Positions 9,501 to 20,885 of a stretch of DNA of 43,616 bases are shown piece after piece. Source of the stretch: Klebsormidium nitens (taxonomy: Eukaryota > Plantae > Klebsormidiophyceae); the NCBI GenBank assembly GCA_000708835.1, contig DF237636.1:1-43616 (forward strand), given 5' to 3'. Every line of letters starts with the position of its first letter. Within the stretch, counting starts at the first letter, position 1. The position numbers and the translations under genes are program-made. The notes beneath the pieces are model-generated. The model made no database searches. It was given only the letters and a program-made list of their open reading frames with translations, and was not told where the DNA came from.

Positions 9501-11338
9501 CAGGGGAGCGAAGTGGAGGGGCCGCATGGGAATAATGACCAGGAGGCGCGGGTGGGTGACAGATCTGTGGAGAGCGCCCCGTGTCCCGTGCGCAGCCTGG
9601 ATGTGGTGGCAGAGGCTGGCGCGGAGGGAGGAGGTGGCGCGACGGAGGGGCTGCCGCCTGGCAGCCAGGCCGGGCCAGGGGATGTCCAGAGCAGCAGCCC
9701 GAAGGCGGAAATGAGCAGCGCCAATGACAGCAACACAGACTCCGACTCGGACTCGGAGCGTACTCGTGCGAGGTTAGAGTCCACCTTGCTCTACGGCTGA
9801 CCGGATTTACAGTCGAGCTGGCCTCCCGTCTTGCTGCGTGGCAGGAACCATCTTAGGCTTCTCAATACGCTTTGGCCCAAAAATTCGGCCACTTCGTCGC
9901 ACTATGCCCCCGGTCTTCTCCTGCGCCTTTGGTCCGGCTACCAGCCTGCTTCCTCCGTGCAGGTTTCTGCCCCGCACCCGGTCTGCTGGCGCCCCTGCCT
10001 CGCAAGCGCGCTACGCGTCGTGGGCGCAGCACATCCCGCCTGCTGTTTCCCCCGCTGCCTCCTGGGACTCGCAGAGCAGCACCGAGTTCGCCAACACGCG
10101 GCGGCCCTCCCTCGCGCAGCGCCTGGTCAACAGTGAGAGCAGCGGCAGCGAGCAGGGCAGCCCCCGCTATGCGCGCTCCCCGCTGGGGAGCCCCCCCGGC
10201 GCCGCCTTCGGAGGCAGGCCCGCCAGCCAGCCGCCCGTCACCGAGAAGTTCTCCCTTCCAGCAACGTGAGTCTGGTGGCGATGCTGTGCCACGCCTGTGC
10301 TTTCATGGCAGAGCCTCACGAGCTCTAGAGGCGCCTCGCTCCCTTGCCAGCCACCATTCCGTTAGCCGCCACACTGGTCCCATGCAGCCGTCCGTTGCTC
10401 TGTGCCTTCTCCATCGCGGCTGGTTGCCCCAGCTCCTTGTCGCTCAGCACACCCGTCTTGACAACTCGTTTTGTCGCTTGTGCTTCAGAGCTTGTCCCTC
10501 GGTGGTGTCACCTGAGGGACCCCTCCCTGCGGCGTCGCTCTCTTCCCCGCACCAGGCTCCGGCCTCGCCTGCCCCCCACGCGGCCGTGCGCAGGAGCCTG
10601 GACCCTCTCGGGTGGTCGTCCGACGAGGACGCGGAGGAGGATCGCGGTGCACGCAAGCGCGAGATGGCAGCCGCGCTGCGCCAGCTCAAGTCCTTCCAGT
10701 CCGGGGGAACGACGCCCCACCCCGCCCAGGCCCCGCTGCAGCGCTCCCTTACGGACCCTGCCGCGTTCCAGGTGGTGAAGCGCAGCGCCTCGCCCATGCG
10801 CACGCTCTGGCGCCAGGCCACCGCCGCCGCCACCAGCCTGGAGGGTGAGCGCCCACCCCTTCGCCCTCCTCACTTGACCCTGCGAGTGGAGGTTGTGCAT
10901 GGTCCCTACCTCTTACCCTCCGTCCTGTAGCATTGTGTGTCCTTGCGTCACTACCCTGTTGCTGCCAGGCCCTAACGTGCCCCGTCCTTGCATGCCGCAG
11001 GCCCCGCCAGCAGCGCCAAACGGCTGGGCCTGTCTGCTGCGGGCCGTGCGTTGGGCCGCTCCCGCGACCCCAGCCCCTGCCCGCCCGGCCTGCTGGCCAG
11101 CCCGCGCCGCCTTCGTCCGGAAGCCTCCCCGCAGCGGGTGCCGCAAGGTTCGTCGTCGCTCTTCGAGGACGGCCCTCGCCGGCAGGAGAGCTGGGGCACA
11201 GGGCTGCGAGGTGCGGCAGGGGCAGCGGGGGCAGCAGGGCGGGCCTCCAAGACGCCCAGCCGCGGGCGGCCCATCGCGGCAGCGGCCGCCTTCTTCAGGT
11301 CCTTCACACCGGGGCGGCAGAGGGCCCAAGTGTTCTGA
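6579..11338 (+). CDS. Uncharacterised low-complexity Ser/Pro/Ala/Arg-rich protein (about 834 aa) with a SAP-like motif
   Basis: Manual model with consistent phases: 6579-6676, 7155-7226, 7815-8407, 8711-8806, 8940-9043, 9228-9772, 9963-10265, 10489-10844, 11001-11338 (2505 nt). All introns GT-AG, with an in-frame stop upstream of the ATG. The spliced segment SKTQQDLLAQHKVKPAASSGIKESLVHRLTRAL resembles the SAP consensus SGxKxxLxxRL. Confidence 0.7.
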
Positions 11339-12630
11339 GGGGTCGGTGGATTCTCTGAATCAAATGTGTTGCGTTGTTGAAGCAGGGACTTTCTAGCAAC
11401 GTCGCGTTGCAATACAAACTGCCCTGCACCTCCGGATCTTGCGACTCTTAGCACACCACCAGAGTTGGTGCATTCTCGTGCTGGACCGCGTGTGACACAG
11501 TCCGACAGGCCACCTACAGAGAGCCCAGCCAATCGCAACACTTTCAGAGCTCAGGAAGCAGACTGCAACATCGTGTTGCTCTCTGTCACGAGTGCTACAA
11601 TGCAGTCCCTACAAGAGATTTGTCATTATGTAGCGAGTATAGACGCTAAACATTGCATGAGGGTCAGGAATTACATGGTCGCCGTTCAGACTCCTGCTGA
11701 GAAAGGCCGCGCCAAGCTTGCTAATAATCGAACTGCTGGAGAGACACCCAGACTTCGCAACCTAGTAAATTGTTTCAAGCAGCTAGGTTTCCAGAAGCCT
11801 ATGCAAAGGGGTACTGGTGTAATAGCTTTTGGAGCCGTTGGGTATTGATATCGGCACCCATTGGAGCGGACTTAGCAGGCTGGACGTTTGGAGTCGTACT
11901 TCACACCAAGCATTCGTCACTAGTCACGAGCTTATATTTGGGAACTCGAACTATCGATGTCGGTAGGCAAAGATAGGTATGCGAACGTTGTGCCAATGTT
12001 AGCAGACTTTGTAGTATGGTCTTTGTAACAATGTCTGGGTCAATTGTAATCTTTCGTATCTAGCTTTTGGCTAGCTCATCGATGCTTGCTTGCATGGCGT
12101 GCATTGTACGTCGATTTGCATTAGTTGCTCATATATTTACATCCGCATGCAGTGAGCATTCAACAGCTGACATGCACCTTGAAAGAAGCTACCGAGCGGC
12201 GGACTATAGGCATAGCCCTAAAAGGTGATTGCCATACTGGTAGATATATTGCGCGTTCCACAGTGTGCGTGAGCTTTGAAAGATGTGTCAACAGCGTGTT
12301 CCAAGATAATTTGTGTACAGTGGGTCGTGCCATATAGATTAAGGAAAATTGGCAGCTCCGTTTATCAAGACATGGCTTTGAAATGACCTCGGACGTATTC
12401 AAGTACAGCAGCACGGTCTTAGCTGCTTATATCAACTGCACCCCAACCTTCAGCTTCTCGAGTCATAAGCTTGAGAGCTTACGGGTTTTCCAGCCCTTGC
12501 CCTTCGTCCGCTCAAGCAGTCATCTACCTCAAGTCGTCCTTCAACATTGGCAAACAGTTTGTAGTGCCCGTCATTCAAACACAGACGGGCGGCAAAGCAA
12601 CCAACGGATGGCGAGCCCTTTTAAGTCGTG

Positions 12631-15600
12631 TCACCGCCTGGTCACACTGGCCAGGACGTCGAAGTAGTCCGGGAAGGTCTTGCGCGTGCACTTGGGGTCT
12701 CGGATGGTGACGCGCGCGTCCCCGCACGCTGCCAGCGAGAAGGCCATGGCCATGCGGTGGTCGTCGTATGTGTCGATGGCGGCAGGCACCACCGCGCCCG
12801 GCGCGTGCACGATGCAGAAGTCGAGGCCCTCCTCCACCGTGGCGCCCAGCTGCAGAGCCATCCAAGCAGGGGTGCCGCCGTCAGGACGGCTCGACAGCCA
12901 TAGAGCACAGGGACACCAGAGAGCTCCCAGAGCTTGCAGTTCTCATGGTACTGCAGAGTGGAACATGAGCCACCTAAGGCTTGCTCTAAACAGGGCACCT
13001 CAGGCAATTTTTTTCTCGGCTAACCGGGGGAGGTCGGCTTACCTTGCGCAGCTCCGTGCAGATGGCGATCATGCGTTCTGTCTCCTTGACCCGCCAATTG
13101 GCCACTGCACACGCACGCGCCACGTCAGCCGTCTCGCCCTGTTCGCATGCGGTGAAACCCTTGGCAAGGAGTGGCACTCGAGCGGTGATTATCTTGACGC
13201 CCGCTCGTCCCAGGCATCCAGTGTGCCTAGCCGTAGCTGCGTGTCCGCATGGCGCGCTCACCGTTCCTGATGGCTACAGGCCCGTCGGCGAACAGGCCGA
13301 GCACGGCCAGCGTCATGGCTACGTCCGGCATTGCGTTCATGTCGATGTCAATCCCGCGCAGCCGCCGCCCCGTTGCGGGGTTCACCGGCGCCCCCGTCAC
13401 AGTCACGCTGTGCGGCGTCATCTCCACGTGGGCGCCCATCTGCTCCAACACGCCCGCAAATCCGATGTCGCCCTGCGCAAAGCCACAGCCGCCCACCACG
13501 TCAGCAGCCACCAACGGCCGTCTCTCTCGATCAAGGCCCCGGTTTGTGGGTGCGCAGCAACAGACAGCATTTCCTGGTCATCGCTAGGGCCGCTCTCCTC
13601 ACCTGGAGGCTGTCTGCCCCGCAGCCCTCCACGGTGACGGTTCCCCCCGTGGCTGCGGCCCCCGCCAGGAAGTAGGAGGCGCTGGACGCGTCCCCCTCCA
13701 CATACACGGTGGCGGGCGACGTGTACTGCTGGCCGCCGCGCACCTGAAACCAGCGCCAGGCGGGGTCGCGCTCCACCTCCACCCCAAACCTGCATCACAA
13801 CCCCCACGTCTTGCTGCTTTCTCATATCGCTCTGGGGCAGGCGAGATTCAAAACGAGAAGGCCTGTGCTTAAATGAATTTGCTTGGAGAAGGCAACCAAA
13901 GAAGGCAATTCAAGCGCGTCATAGTCCATCTCATGGTGCAGTGCCGAGTGTTGGTCTCTAGAGCGGGGTGCTTCACCTGCTCATGAGCTTGAGCGTCATG
14001 TCCACGTACGGCACTGACACCAGCTGGTCCACAATCTCAATGCGCGTGTCCCCCGCCGCCAACGGGGCCGCCATCAGCAGCGCCGTCAGGTACTGGCTGC
14101 TCACTGCACCGCTGAGGCCCACCTGCACCAATACGCCCTCCCCGTCATCAAACTCCAGACAATCTTTGATATCGCGCTTGTGTCACTAGCTCCACGCTCC
14201 TCAGCAGGTAAGACGGTCAGACATACCGTAGACACGTTTCCCCTGACCAAGGACCAGCCTTCCTTTCATTACAGGACACGACCTTCGAACTCTTGTGTCA
14301 TTCCTATGGATCCGCAGTCTCACAGCCTGCCTCTCACGGCCTGCCTCTCACGCCCGTGCTCACCTTGCCTCCCGGGAGCCCCCCCTTGGCGTTCACCTCC
14401 ACGGGCGGCCCGCTGGTCCCGAGCAGCATGTGCACGTCTGCGCCCAGCTGGCGCAGGCCGGCCACCAGGTCCAGGATGGGCCGCTCGCGCATGCGCCGCA
14501 CGCCGTCCAGCACGTACCTGCAGAAACCACCCCACTCCGCCTCAGTCCGCAGGCAGGCCCCGCCCCGCGACCGCAACAAGACCCGCACCGGCAGTCAGCA
14601 GGCAGCAGTGGCAGGGGGGGCTTGGACTGCATCGAACGCGCACGCTCACCTCCTGTGCCCCCCGGCGACGGCCACAGCGGCAGTGAGCGGGCGCATGGCA
14701 GTCCCGGCGTTGCCCAGGAACAGCTCCACTGCCGGCGCAGCCTCGCCCTCCGCCGCAGTCTGGGAAAGATCAGGGCACACGGGCAGGGGTTTAGCAGTGG
14801 GGACGGAAAGGGGGACATCATGTAGGAAGTGATGGCACAGCATGCCCACCAGTCAAAGCAGACAGTTCCAGTGGCCCAACTGCAGTTGGGGTGTCCCTCA
14901 TCTCGCCAATTGTCGCGCAGGCACCCGCTGCCCCTGCCGGCACACATCCTGGCATGCCAGTGCGGCTCACCTGTTTGGCCACCGGGAAGACCCCCCCGCA
15001 GCCGGTGACCTCCACGCGGTTCTCCTGGCGCGTCTCATGCAGTTCAATTCCCAGCGCGGTGAGCGCCCCCAGCATGTAGCGCACGTCGTCGCTGTCCAGC
15101 AAGTTCTCCACGCGCGTGCGACCCTGCAACACGCAATGCGCCCGCCTCAGGACACTGGCGCACGCGCGTTCGGTATGCCTGGCCCCCACAAAGCAGGCTC
15201 CGCCGGCAGGGGTCACACTGCTCATGTGGCTGCATGATGCGACATAGCAGCAGCAGCAGCCCCTCCCCTCCAACAACAGCCCCCAGGCTGGTAGCCAGCC
15301 AACATTCTGAGGAGGAAATGCTCTGGCTCTACGAATTGTGCAGAAGGGTGCCCAGGGCACGAAGGTGGTCACGTCAGAGCATTCCTGGCACCCCCAACAA
15401 TCACCATGAGAATCCCCCTTTGAGTGCCTCCATTGTTGCTGCGGAGCGGCTGGCTGGTGCTCACCTGCGCGAGGGCGGCCATTAGGAGCAGGCGGTTGGA
15501 CAGGGACTTGGAGCCGGGCAGCTTCACGGTGCCCTCAATGCTGCGGATGGGCTCAATCACCAGCTCCTCCTCGACTGCCACCGACGCCACCACCCCGTGC

Positions 15601-15875
15601 CCTCGCCTGCGCCATCGCTGCCGCTGACCCGCTGCATGAGTGACGCGTGGCAGAATGGTGCCGGAGAGAAAGGTGCTGCTGCTAGGGAGGGAGCACTGTG
15701 TGAACGCTGGCTGCGGCGTGCTGGCTGTGGCCCACCCCCCCGCAGCATTGCCTGCTGGCGGAGCGCAGGCACCATTACCAGTGCGCCGTTCAAAGGCAGC
15801 CTCGCGGCCTGCCCGCCCAAACAGGCCCAGGCTGGCGGCCTCCGCTTGGACCAAACAGGCAGCCAGGGCGGCCAT
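12631..15875 (-). CDS. EPSPS: 5-enolpyruvylshikimate-3-phosphate synthase, plastid-targeted (about 550 aa, 9 exons)
   Basis: Exons 15875-15465, 15123-14971, 14759-14650, 14517-14364, 14122-13977, 13789-13603, 13472-13262, 13104-13043, 12849-12631 (1653 nt, phases consistent). Motifs [66 protein letters not shown]-terminal extension of about 100 aa resembles a transit peptide. Confidence 0.98.
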
Positions 15876-16321
15876 GGCGGACACTCCTCTGGTGATGCAA
15901 CGTCGTTCAACAGAGTGTTGAACACAGATCTCCACGGGTTTCTCAGACTCGAGAGTCATGTGCTTGGTTGTGAACCTTGTATGTTATTGTTTTCCTGTAA
16001 AGACATATCATTCCGACAAGAATCTGTATAGGCGATCGGATCATGTTGGTTTTGATTGACTTTAACCACGGCACGTTTCCTAGGCCTTGTTTCAGGTCAG
16101 TAGCTGGCCGCAAAAAATCTTCCCATGCTACATAATACAATAACAGGCTGGATCAAATCCGCAATTGCAAATAAGCCTTCATATCGTGATTGGAAAGCCC
16201 AAACAAAAGCCGCTTGCTGGGAAGGGATCACCCAACCACCTGGAAGGGATTCTACCTTTCATGTCTCGGTCTGATCATTTCCAACATTGTCTGGCGAGCC
16301 CCCCTTCCGCCTGCTGCCAGC

Positions 16322-19300
16322 ATGAGTTCGCGCAGGCATGGTGGCGGCGCGTCCAGGCCTGCTGGCCCTCTCTGGCCGCTGCTGAGCAGGCGGCGGTTTT
16401 GGCGGGGTGCCCTGCTGGTGGCCTTGCTGGTACTGGCCTGCCTGCAGCGCCAGCACCTGGGAGCGGCCATCAGCGCAATTGCCAGGAGGGGGCTGATGCG
16501 CACCCAAGGTACTGTCGGGGTGGGCATATGCCAGTTGATTGCACTATCTTCACAGCATTCCAGCTTCTGCATTTTGATGCTGGCCGGAATGGATGCAGGG
16601 AGTGATGGCAGATGCCATGTCTCTTCAATTTAGCAATAGTAAGCCCTAGCAATAGTAAGCTCCGGCACTACCACTAAAAACCTAACCTACAAAACTACCC
16701 GCTCCGCACCCGAACCCACCCTAACCCCCAAACTAACCCTACCCGTCCCAGGCTGGTGAGCTTACTATTGCTAAAGCTTACTATTGCTAAATTGAAGATT
16801 CTTGCAGATGCCTGCTTTTGACTCTGACGTGCCATTCACCTGCGATGCATTGGTGGTGGTAGCATCGCCTGGCACCCTGCAAAGCAACGCTCCCGGCGGG
16901 GCATCGAAAGCCGCTACCCCACAGACCAGCACATCTGATGGGCAGCCTATTCTCCTGCCAGGACAGCAACCAGGAACGGAGGGGACCCGCAATGTCATGA
17001 ACTTCGAGTTTCTGTGGATGGTGAGGACGAGATCTACCTGGCCGGCCCAAGCAACACCAGTTCAAACCCAGTTATCAGTACTGCACATCTGAGGCACGAG
17101 TCTCGGTAGCAGGAAGCAATTGTTGTGAGTTCTCATGGCTGCTCATAACATCTGTTCGAGTATCGCAGAAACTTGAGTTTTGCATACAACAGAGCATAGA
17201 GGTCGTACTCTTTGTCTTTGTATGCCTCTTCATCAGCCCCGCTTTCCTGTTGCACTGTGCCCACCCTGCCCCCTGCGCGCTTCTTGCAGGCTCCGTTCCT
17301 ATCGGGCGGTGGCTATGGTGCGGAGGCCACGGCATTTGTGCTCCCCCTGGCGGGCACCCCGGAGCTGCGGGCGGTGCGCATCGCGCTGCATGGGGATAGT
17401 GTCAACTACGACTATGTACAGGGCATTCCCCCCGAGCAGATGCAGGTAAAGCAGCGCAGGGCGGAGTCCTGAGAGGCCTGACATGGGCTTCAACAAGCCT
17501 TCTTCGACTTGCCTCTGTAGTCTGGGTGAACGGCACCGATTGAGTGGTGTAGAGCTTTCCAAGTATTCTTCAAGGAAACTATGTTCAATGAAGTGAATTT
17601 GACCCAGGTTGCGCCTGCTCCAACTCGCATTCCCGACGTAGTCTGAAAAGTTTCGCTTTGTCCAGAATCTGACTATGCGGCATGAGCCTCTGATGCCGGC
17701 ATCCTTCGACTTGCCTGGGCTCCCGGGGTGTATGCCGGGGCCCCTGCCCGCCGTTCTGCACCTGTGCATGCCCGCGCGTCCCCCGGACCCCCCGTCTCGT
17801 TTGTGCGTGTGGTGCAGGTGCTGCAGCGCCTGGCGGACCCCTCCCCCGCCGGCCTGCCCAGCGTGGTGGTGTGCCACAGCGAGCCGGGGGCGTGGGACCC
17901 TGCGCTGTTCCAGACCAGCCGCTGCCCCCCGCGCGGCTACCACGCAGCGCTGTACGTCATTGGGCGGACCATGTTTGAGACGGACCGCGTGACCGCGCAC
18001 CACGTGCAGGCATGCGCCCTGCTTCACTCGGGAGACGAGATGACATGACGGATGTGCAGATGCTCGTGTGCAGAAGATTGTGACTTTGTGGAGAAAGGAA
18101 CCAGCAATCGGAGATGCCGGCAAAAGGAAAGTACACAATATCCATTGATTGAAGTCGGGTCGTCTGTCCCTGATGTCGTGAGCTTGTACTTCTGCCAGGT
18201 GTCGGACAGAATATCTACTTTTGTTTCCCAGTATATCAGACATCGTCGTGCCTGCGTGTGCAGCGCATCAACCGCATGGACGAGGTGTGGGTGCCCACCG
18301 ACTTCCACGTCACCACCTTTGCGGCCAGCGGCGTGGACCCTGCCAAGGTGCGCGCGCGCCACTGCCGGCACAACTCGCAAGCGCCGTCTTCGGTGCTGCC
18401 AGCGTGTCATCTAGCGAAATGGACAGGATAACGGGCAAGCTCGATCCTCGACTCTTCCATTGGAGATATGATCCGTAAGCCTGGCGCAAGTTTCCTTGCT
18501 GCAGCGAGCTTGTCCCGCAGCTTGCCTCGTGGTCCTCCCACCCTTCCCGCTTCCGGGGCTATCCTTACTCTGCCTCGTCCCCCGCCCCCCAGATTGTGAA
18601 GATGGTGGAGCCTGTGGACGTGGACTTCTTCAGCCCACAACACGCGGACGGCACGCCCCGCGCGGCCCTGCTGCTGCCCGTGGGCAAGCGCATCCTGGGC
18701 CCGCGCTACGAGGCGCTGGACCGGCCGTTCGTGTTTTTGAGCGTGTTCAAGTGGGAGGCGCGCAAGGCGTGGGACGTCCTGGTAGCTGCCTACCTCACCG
18801 AGTTTACTGCTGCTGACGCGTGCGTGCTGCTGCTGCTGACCAACCCGTACCACTCCGACCGCGACTTCGACTCCAAGGTGCGCCGGCCGGCAACGTCAAG
18901 GCTCGGGCGGAAACACGATGGGCCAGGGCGCTTGAAGGGGCGTCGTATCGGTTGTTCTTGGCCGAAACATTCGGCTCGAGACGCGTGCACGTTGCCTTAC
19001 GCAGTGTTCGAGCCCACAAGGGAAGTTGTCTCGATTGTAGCTGGTACTTTTGTGTAGCTACAATCTATGAACATGCTGCGCCCGTCGTCCCAAGAAGGGT
19101 GGCCTCCTTTTGCGTCCGCTAATTGACGTCTCCCCGCCCTCCCCCCCCCTGGTGCCAGGTGACGTCTTTGGTGGCCCGGCTGGGCCTGACCCGCCCCGCC
19201 GCGGGTTGGGCCTCCGTATACCTGGGGGACCAGCACGTGCCCCAGACGGACCTCCCCGCGCTGTACCTGGCGGCGGACGCGTTTGTGCTGCCGTCGCGTG

Positions 19301-20015
19301 GGGAGGGCTGGGGCCGGCCGCACACGGAGGCCATGGCCATGCAAGTGCCCATTATCGCCACCAACTGGTCCGGGCCCACCGAGGTGAGCTGGGATGCATC
19401 ACGGAAGGGGTCCTGGTCTGCTGGTCCGTGCTTCTGCTGGACAGTGCAGACATGGTAATCACTGAGTGCTTCGTATACCGGACTCCTTTTTCGCGGGCGG
19501 TGGATGTTTAGGCCTTGCTGTGAGTGCGAGTGAGAGTGGGGGTCTCCGCTGGGCTGAGATACCTCCTCTTCTCTTAGGAAAGTGTTCCAGAACGTGATTC
19601 CGCGTAATCTCCTCTTGCGGCTGTGGGTTTGTGGCCTCTGATCCTTGACCGCGTGCCTGGTGTGCAGTACTTGCGGGAGGGCAACAGCTACCCGCTGCCC
19701 ATCAGCCGGCTGGTCCCCGTTGAGGGCGGCCCGTTCGACGGCCACCTGTGGGCGGAGCCGTCGGGGCAGGACCTGGCGCGCCTGATGCGCCACGTGTACA
19801 CCCACCGCGAGGAGGCGCGGGCCAAGGGACGGCAGGCGCGGCGAGACATGCTGGCATATGCGCCACAGGCAGTGGCGGGGCAAGTGCTGGCGCGGCTACG
19901 GCAGATCGAGGCCAAGCTGATCAAGGCTGGCAGGCTGGGGGCCGGAAGGACACGCGCGAGCACGCTGAGTCAGGCTGCGGACTTGATCGACGATGGAGCA
20001 GGGGAAGATCTATAG
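16322..20015 (+). CDS. GT4-family (GT-B fold) glycosyltransferase with N-terminal membrane anchor (about 566 aa, 8 exons)
   Basis: Exons 16322-16519 (the donor at 16520 is chosen for phase; the GT at 16509 does not fit), 16808-17020, 17290-17445, 17818-18009 (GC donor), 18264-18347, 18593-18877, 19159-19383, 19668-20015. Motifs WMAPFLSGGGY, IGRTMFETDR, DEVWVPTDFH, FLSVFKWEARK, and EX7E motif LPSRGEGWGRPHTEAMAM. Hydrophobic GALLVALLVLACL near the N-terminus. Confidence 0.9.
16622..16798. mobile_element. MITE-like element, 177 bp, with 41-bp terminal inverted repeats, in intron 1 of the glycosyltransferase gene
   Basis: TIRs at 16622-16662 and 16758-16798 match at 39/41. Each contains two copies of TAGCAATAGTAAGC. 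The interior is C/A-rich with CTAAC and CCCTAAC motifs. No TSD is visible. Confidence 0.85.
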
Positions 20016-20885
20016 ATGATGCTACCGTCCATGGTCGAGAGCTAGGAGAAGCAAGGCTGCGAGCGCGCACTTTTCTTCCATGTGTTGGTCATAGTGCATT
20101 CTCTTTGACTAGGTTAGTATCGTTGCGGTAGCGGTTTGCAAACGTTTTAGAAAAGACAATGCTGTACTGCTGTTACGCTATACACAGTCAAACATTCTGA
20201 TCGGCAACATGCACTGGCGACTTAGAAAAACAACAAGTCACACTGCGGCACGTGTTTGTAGGGCACCGTACATACTCAGGCTCACGAGAGAAGTAAGTTT
20301 ACCTTCTAACGGCTCTTACAAACCACACGGAGCTCCCTGGAAGTCTTTCTGACCATGAACCATCGAAAATTGTCGTAGCTGGCCGCCATGCTGAGCACTC
20401 GTTCTTGTGTGCTAGATCTCAATGTAAAGGGCATTGAATCCATTGTTTTGACAGGTCACCATTGCGGTGCTGGCCCTATGCGCCTTCATATGCATTAACC
20501 TCAGCATCAGAAGATCGAACCACGTTTGCACACTAATCCGTGTACACGTCTGTGCACGCCGCTGGCCTCCTAATACCATTCAGCAGGTTATCACCTACAG
20601 CTCTGACCCTGCGCTGGTCGGATGAAATGAATCCTTAAGCCAGGAGTCGATCAGGCTGGCGGATGCATGATTGGACATGAAGCAATCGTGATAGCTTGTT
20701 ACACGCATCCTGCGACCGGCCGCTTCAGCTCTTGCTTGCATGAAGGAGAGCGGTGTCGCAGCTTTGCCAATGATTATGGTGTACGGTAGACGTTGACCAT
20801 GTCAGCATCACTTGAATCAGAATGTCACTACGTTTATCAACATACAGCCCATACGGGATCCGCTCTCTTTACAACCGGGTTCTTT

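Noticed and set aside
7500-11550. Many long overlapping ORFs on both strands (for example 9203-9784 -, 9872-10930 +, 10972-11541 -)
   Set aside because: These are shadow ORFs from high GC content. One spliced plus-strand model with consistent phases explains the region.
15876-15959. Upstream in-frame extension of the EPSPS ORF called from 15959
   Set aside because: It opens on a non-ATG start in the ORF track. The GCC-ATG-GCC at 15875 has good context and is the position mirrored in the duplicated exon.
16520-16633. Read-through of GT exon 1 to a stop inside the MITE (ORF 16190-16633) suggesting gene disruption
   Set aside because: The sequence lies within a plausible GT-AG intron, and all downstream exons are intact with conserved catalytic motifs.
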